A stretch of DNA of 64,000 nucleotides from NCBI GenBank assembly GCA_029258795.1, contig JAPDKB010000009.1, forward strand, positions 40,677 to 104,676, read 5' to 3'. This DNA is from an archaeon (GTDB lineage: Archaea; EX4484-52; WAPT01). The translations under genes and the position numbers were made by a program. The notes under the pieces are model-generated. The model worked only from the letters and a program-made list of their open reading frames with translations. It did not search any database and had not been told where the DNA came from. This document shows positions 60,001-64,000 of this stretch, one piece after another (position 1 is the first letter of the stretch; every line of letters begins with the position of its first letter).

Positions 60001-63000
60001 TACCTTCAGACAAGATTCACTACAGCTATGATGATGGCCTGTTTTTCAAGACGAGAGCTGGAATAGCCAATGTAAGCACAATTCAACCATCACCTTATCA
60101 AGTATTTAGGGAGGGGGATGATTTTCTGATCAGAACAAATGTTACTGCAAGTGGAGGCAACATTTATGGTGTAGATGTCAAAATACTGCTCCCACCATCC
60201 CTTCAGCTCAATAATGCTACCGATACATTCCACATCGATTCCCTGCTTGAAAATCAGCATACCACTGTAATTTGGAATGTAACATCTAACAACATCGGAA
60301 CATTCGACATACTTGTTTACACTATTGCTACAGCAGGCACTCCAACAAACGACAAGACCTATGTGGTAATAAAGCCGGCTCTGAACATAATAGGTATTGA
60401 GGTTGCGCCTGCAGAGCTGGAAGCAGGAGACAGAATGGATTACATAGCGGTTTACATAAACAATACAGCTAATAAACAACACAACATAACAACTAGGGTT
60501 GCAATCTATAATGAAAGCTGGGATGTGCAAAACTTCGGTCCTTCTGCCAGTGAGACCATAACTAACTATTCCGTTGGCTCTGGAGTAATTGCTATAGCAA
60601 ACTTCACCAACAATAGCAATGGCTATATCGTACCCGCCACCCAGCCAAATGGCACGTATTATGTTAAGGCGATCTCAACCCCAGACAATCTGCACAGCGT
60701 TACCAAAAACACTACGTTCAGAATAGTTAAGGTTGTTATGATTCCGGCCCTCAACACCACAACCATAGATGTTAATGAAACCGTACTTCTGAACATAACA
60801 GTATGGAATGACTGGAGCTCGCAGGTAAGCTATGCTCTTTCAAGCATCACAATTCTCAACGAAAGTGGCGCTGACGTGACACCCCGCTGGGAGGTTTCAT
60901 CCTTGCCTTATCAAAAAGCAATAGCTGGCATGAGTCGTGACTATCTTGTGGCCACCGTAACATCTCCGTCTGATCCAACCAAAGTCAGGGCTGGGAACTA
61001 CACCATCATTGCAAGAGTTAACTACACGGATCCAAACGGCAGGCAGAAAAGCAGGGAGGTAAAAGTAAACTTGACAGTGAGAGAACATCCCCAGCTCAGC
61101 GTTCACGTTTCCTCCCCACCAAGATTGCCCATCGGCACCAACAAAACCGTAAATGTTACCATCAAGAATACCGGAAACATAGATCTTTTCAACCTCAACA
61201 TAACTCTCAAAATCTACGATGCAATCTCCAAGCTGGTCAGCTGGATCATCCAGCCCATCTATCAGCTCATAGATCTGCTGGTTGGAGAGGAAAAGACCGT
61301 GAGCTTTCAGCTTACAATACCAAACAACGAAACTCTCGGTGTTTACAACATAACCGCCATAGTAACCCACCAGAAGATAAACGTTTCCAACTACACCCTT
61401 GCGAACGTGACGAAGGATGTTTATATTACTAAAGTTAGCGTGCCTGCTCCTGAGTTCGAGCCCGGGGATGTCATATCTTGGGTTAACGCAACGGTGGTGG
61501 ATTACTCTCCCTACGATGGTTATGATGTAAAGGCCAGAGCTTTCATCTACAACGAGAGCTATGCTTTACAAAGCTTCTTCCCCTACTGGGATGAGGCATC
61601 CTTTGTTATAAACCCGAGCGAGGCAGTGACGGTAAGCTGGAACAACAACAGCAACGGTTATGTTATTCCACAAGATCAGCCAAAAGGCATCTATTATGTT
61701 TACGTCAACATAAGCTATGCTGACAACGTCACCGACAGCAACAGAACTACCTTCCGGATCGTTAAGAACGAGTTCATCTCGCACCTTCAGCCGTTAGTGT
61801 TGCAGTTTGGGGGAAGTGCAATTCACAACATCACAATCTATAACGACTTCTCAAACAACATCTCCGTAAGCACAGAGGTCGAGATTTACAACTCCACCAA
61901 TCACAACGTCACATCTCTGTGGCGCATCCAGCCACTTAATTCCTATGCTTCGTTCAGTTTTGTCCTGCAGGGAAAGAGCTCAATTAACGCAACCTACAAC
62001 ATAACCACACCATTATCCCCTAGAGATGTGAGATCTGGAAACTACACCTTGAGAGACAAAATAATATATACTGATCCGAACAACGTGACCAAGGAAAGGG
62101 TTATCAACACCACTCTAAAAGTTCTGCCTTTTTACAACGCTTCGGTAAATGTGCAAGCTAACGACATGCCTTTGGGCGTGCCCTCTCCGGTTTCAGTGCT
62201 GATAAGGAATGAAGGTAATGATGACCTCAAGAATGTGAATGTGACCATCGAGATTTACAACACCAGCTGGGATAGAATGGAATGGAGTGTAAGCCCACCG
62301 AACACAAGCGTTGATGTGCTGTTTAGAGGTGAGAAAGAAATCGTATTTACGGTTTACGTTCCAGAAAGTGCCCAATTAGGTAAATACTATGTGAAGGCGA
62401 TAGTAAATTATACTCCGACAAACACAACAACGGCCGTAGATGAGTTTAACCTGACAAGAGATATCGCGATGAAAGTCAGCAATTACCCATTTGAAATTGA
62501 AGCAGGAGACAAACTATTGAACATAACGGCGAACGTTACCAATGTTAACAATAACAATAATTACAATGTTACCGTCTGGATAAACATTTATGATCCCGAT
62601 GGCATTCTTCAGGAATGGGGACCAAATGGGACTGAAAAGAAAAAGAACATAACAAACATTGCTCCATCACAGAGCGTACTCCTGTGGTGGGACAACAGCA
62701 GTTATGGTTACGACACTCTACCCAGGCTTAAAACCGGAAATTATACGATAGAGGCTGTTGCAAACGTCACGAACATAAATGCCATAAGGAAAGCTTACAC
62801 AAAAACTCTCAGAGTTGTGGAAGTATACGGAGTTGCAACAGCCACTCCAGAAGTTATAGGAATAAACGAAACCACACACTATAACGTTTCGGTGCACAAT
62901 GGCTTTAGTCAGGGTATAGAGTTCAACATAACCGACGTGAGAATCTATAATGAGAGCGGGTTCGATGTCACACCCTACTGGAAGATAACACCAACTTTCG

Positions 63001-64000
63001 TCAGGCTTTACGTAGGAGGGAAGGAAATCAACCACACGATAATTAACATAACATCCCCATCCAACCCACTACTTGCCAAGCCCGGTAACTATACCATCAA
63101 TGCCACCCTAACATATGTTGATCCCAATGGCAACATAAAGAGCAAGGTAGCCAGCAAAACGATAACCCTCGTCTACCTGAAAGAAGTCAGAGCGATGAAA
63201 ATAAAGCTTGAGATGCGCGATGCGCTCAGCAAAGCGCTGAACAACACAATAGCAGTCAACATCACAAATGTGGGTAACGTTGAATTTGATGCGAACGTCA
63301 CACTCACCGTCATAAACGAGTCATGGCAGACAACACCGGCTTTCAAAATCATCCATATCCCTCTTGGAGGGTACAATACCACGACTTTCATGCTTGAAGT
63401 GCCGGCTAACGCATCGCTGAACACCAGCTACACCCTGCTAGCCAGAGCCTGTACAGACCTGTGCTTCAACACAACGAAAATTTTCACGGTCAAGGATGCG
63501 ATAAATGTGGAGAGTGTCTACACGAATCTGACAGTAAATGAAGCTGAACCGTCAACACCTTTCAAACTCTATGCCGTCATCAATAACTCGCATGAAGCCG
63601 ATGTTCTGGTGAGTTTAACCCCAGAAGTTGTAGGTGAGGAGCCCTTACCCCCTGCTTACTGGAATTTATCAAACATAAGTGTCAGCGTGCCTGCCAACTC
63701 ATCTCTGATAGTTGAATGGAATGCTTTCATCAATTCCACCACATCGCCAGCATCTTACATTATCAGAGTTAATGCGACTTACGGTGAAGGAGGGGTTGAT
63801 GCTGGAAACACAACCCTTAATGTGAGCACCGTCCAGCCAAGCACGAAGATTTCTCCCCCCTCCGTAGATTATAATCAGAATTCCGACATAACCGTTAGCC
63901 TTACGAACTTGTGGTGGAGTCAGAGCTTCAATGTAAACGTGACCCTCTTGGGTATTTTCAACGAAAGCGGAAATGTGACCGCTTACTGGAACGTTTCAAA
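54030..64000 (+). CDS. giant secreted surface glycoprotein (>3300 aa, 3' end outside window)
   Basis: ATG 54030 begins MVSASRKAVSGIFFIFLISFLGFLL (signal/TM). The frame reads open wherever I translated it, including the last line (ESGNVTAYWNVS), and the track lists no stop-terminated ORF in this frame. Contains DTDNDGRYDYVEWIVPH, Ig-like repeats and dense sequons. Confidence 0.88.
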   Translation, partial: MVSASRKAVSGIFFIFLISFLGFLLCSQNSSSYADSNKLHIQSIEEGNTYYNITVKGQVGETFNLVITSKSDGNTVFSKKSIIPESGSYSFIISKTLLNGGVDQYNMIVTPLQKNPLAIQTSINEESKKTFTKKPRIRMADAYLRSLVSGKAARRVDIPSLVLENPDFAEIYVLEAEVGKPVKVAAIRKYVPSRSKSNSDLYTLGTTSDSMEVFELPAPQKKEFPIKRSRRGAKQVVISYPAHLTNVKASTSVPETLIEPRLYHVINGKWVDVTEKENVTFMDTDNDGRYDYVEWIVPHTSEQIYVVGEGSGTGKESVNVRRDVPSAVGTGKNFTVTLVVYNDGDKPAYNLTINETLSSAEVWIVADSGDGSVSGNVISFFLDVLYPDESHTFRYVITAPQTESTLQIHYNLTYNNESGAFFSLSDPTPSSIISKQKFGRIQMLMKANQTIMNGIATNFSVIVVNTGNGKVPANTKVWVDIPEQWDMIDYGSAIYTTIVFPQTVTSDDLEQSYFYGRAIDDRKVTLFYDDMESGYVFYADGTNCQSGDTCARGYGKFDACDDNNGDYIFCTEPYGVNGSRMLRMVDWDTWDTSKGLMKTVNTAGFSKVYLDFYAVANSLDRNNEYCQITVQDSDSIEIAYTLPNNDACEIGTTTPTDSDWANCHHVIDLTRVPGLTLGGDITVHVGADESGLRDYCHYDEFKIIGEKLSPTREQNTTMKYYTGVLDGSMDYVQNITVTVEISKYDPTGSVYVGNNRPDVELYIDDGTSYKLLGTFNLPSYYGGSSSITPTNFTIIIDDPAILSVWKTNTSARNIALRIVDLDYDTSSSSYDEVNLTGMWVQLNRDAQHTIKKLEWQLPVDLNESSNHTFYFVAKPNQAGLYSISIHANQSFMPKVLVVDDQGGSDAGDGSTASEFSSLLTQLGYDVTLCTLPANTDFDCSEGYTLSLSFLQTFDAVVWSTGDLYGDTIGNGAGSQAELLLIDYINNGGRLILEGGDIGYDRGSSDPNNFMSNVAHATYVSDITSDNPEILAKVSGNENHPVIANLPSTIEVAGGTGSYYPDNVDPANGGIALMYWQTDTSNGLIAYDGINAGNNDNARVVYMAFSFDGLDSTNQEILLRDAMKWVTNIYETGEVVDENAFVRVYGTEDVSLTLEAPSTMKSNSTAIVNVSLSNNGEESVVKLNLIINITNESCPYPNPEYQRFRIISVNQGDFREYAYDDVNNVINLSGLELQPAESTTVSFELRSPICYSEVVFGDAVVAEAKYTPEHNLSLTKQTNMSTTITVQAFNRGHISASFVEKEISVNASTLIHLRLVSDGDVDVTSIDYVNLTLPLSYSVDPASISNGGTYNATTHTIEWHNLGNLSLGNSITLYFMANSSSEGTFTMYPYVVYSDAVGSQTSTNAIQQKVIKLPVSLSLNPSIVKPGGTTTLTVVVLNSYSSSITSVKITPSIPSNWSISPSQISYDSIQSENSESAQFLVEVSDKVGTYPINIDVTYYDVNNVLVTRKESIDVEVATRPDIKIIKEVPKILGAGSSATVRIFVYNDGNDVARNVTLKESIDPNLISDGGSVSNYGSGTYSSADSTITWSLGDIDAGEYAWVNYTLTSGSTQSIYWINTTVTYRDAMDNIKNTTNLKQFSVNDSAGFEFNIDSNITSIQIDREGKISVTLQFNYTVKNVGTVATKPRVLVVDDQGGTNGGDGSSASEFSSLLTQLGYDVTLCTLPANTDFDCSEGYTLSLSFLQTFDAVVWSTGDLYGDTIGNGAGSQAELLLIDYINNGGRLILEGGDIGWDRRTSDPNNFMFKVAHAKYISDISNQNPETLAKVTGNENHPVIANLPATVDVADDPGSTYPDNVDPANGGIALMYWQTDTNNGLIAYDGINAGNNDNARVVYMAFSFDGLDATNQNTLLRDAMKWLTEDKYKVAISLPSSFNVEGGDYDNVVVSGDRKIVYWYYSKNASFSPGEMKSFVFNATTDMEGFFAFQPFINTSIPSDKIHYSYDDGLFFKTRAGIANVSTIQPSPYQVFREGDDFLIRTNVTASGGNIYGVDVKILLPPSLQLNNATDTFHIDSLLENQHTTVIWNVTSNNIGTFDILVYTIATAGTPTNDKTYVVIKPALNIIGIEVAPAELEAGDRMDYIAVYINNTANKQHNITTRVAIYNESWDVQNFGPSASETITNYSVGSGVIAIANFTNNSNGYIVPATQPNGTYYVKAISTPDNLHSVTKNTTFRIVKVVMIPALNTTTIDVNETVLLNITVWNDWSSQVSYALSSITILNESGADVTPRWEVSSLPYQKAIAGMSRDYLVATVTSPSDPTKVRAGNYTIIARVNYTDPNGRQKSREVKVNLTVREHPQLSVHVSSPPRLPIGTNKTVNVTIKNTGNIDLFNLNITLKIYDAISKLVSWIIQPIYQLIDLLVGEEKTVSFQLTIPNNETLGVYNITAIVTHQKINVSNYTLANVTKDVYITKVSVPAPEFEPGDVISWVNATVVDYSPYDGYDVKARAFIYNESYALQSFFPYWDEASFVINPSEAVTVSWNNNSNGYVIPQDQPKGIYYVYVNISYADNVTDSNRTTFRIVKNEFISHLQPLVLQFGGSAIHNITIYNDFSNNISVSTEVEIYNSTNHNVTSLWRIQPLNSYASFSFVLQGKSSINATYNITTPLSPRDVRSGNYTLRDKIIYTDPNNVTKERVINTTLKVLPFYNASVNVQANDMPLGVPSPVSVLIRNEGNDDLKNVNVTIEIYNTSWDRMEWSVSPPNTSVDVLFRGEKEIVFTVYVPESAQLGKYYVKAIVNYTPTNTTTAVDEFNLTRDIAMKVSNYPFEIEAGDKLLNITANVTNVNNNNNYNVTVWINIYDPDGILQEWGPNGTEKKKNITNIAPSQSVLLWWDNSSYGYDTLPRLKTGNYTIEAVANVTNINAIRKAYTKTLRVVEVYGVATATPEVIGINETTHYNVSVHNGFSQGIEFNITDVRIYNESGFDVTPYWKITPTFVRLYVGGKEINHTIINITSPSNPLLAKPGNYTINATLTYVDPNGNIKSKVASKTITLVYLKEVRAMKIKLEMRDALSKALNNTIAVNITNVGNVEFDANVTLTVINESWQTTPAFKIIHIPLGGYNTTTFMLEVPANASLNTSYTLLARACTDLCFNTTKIFTVKDAINVESVYTNLTVNEAEPSTPFKLYAVINNSHEADVLVSLTPEVVGEEPLPPAYWNLSNISVSVPANSSLIVEWNAFINSTTSPASYIIRVNATYGEGGVDAGNTTLNVSTVQPSTKISPPSVDYNQNSDITVSLTNLWWSQSFNVNVTLLGIFNESGNVTAYWNVS
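56715..57401 (+). repeat. internal ~690-nt repeat, copy 1 (GATase/flavodoxin-like domain)
   Basis: Offset 2376 nt to copy 2; 56763-57024 identical to 59139-59400. Confidence 0.92.
59091..59777 (+). repeat. internal ~690-nt repeat, copy 2
   Basis: VLVVDDQGG...FDAVVWSTGD...YINNGGRLILEGGD...LLRDAMKW occurs in both copies. Confidence 0.92.

Overview
Archaeal DNA, most consistent with a DPANN-type lineage, possibly Aenigmarchaeota-like. That placement is an inference from the S5 and S14 insertions, the missing adk/cmk and the style of the surface proteins. Layout: (1) 1-18 kb holds tRNA-Ser with a T-loop intron next to a probable integrase remnant, then the complete L3-S10/spc-SecY-L34e-L14e-Cbf5 ribosomal cluster on the minus strand. 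(2) 18-36 kb is mixed: tRNA-Val with a T-loop intron, MetRS, a RimK/aspartyl-protease/DUF1704-carboxypeptidase cluster, an AT-rich radical SAM-SPASM gene with a twin-SCKLAC precursor peptide, MNT-HEPN, EndoIV, DGGGP synthase, an E1 enzyme and NcsA. (3) 36-64 kb is a large cell-surface island with Ig-like membrane-anchored proteins, MoxR, MinD, a chaperone-like anchored protein, four paralogous pilin-like secreted proteins in an A-B/A-HTH-B arrangement, and a giant (>3300 aa) repeat-containing surface protein that runs off the window and is absent from the ORF track. Highlights: a 44-nt G-U-rich long-range complementarity that brackets the pilin-like array and covers the first start codon; a candidate new archaeal RiPP whose RRE domain is split by a homopolymer frameshift; and a 96-nt near-identical tail shared by ribosomal proteins L32e and S3. 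All family calls are from motif recognition by eye; no database searches were run.
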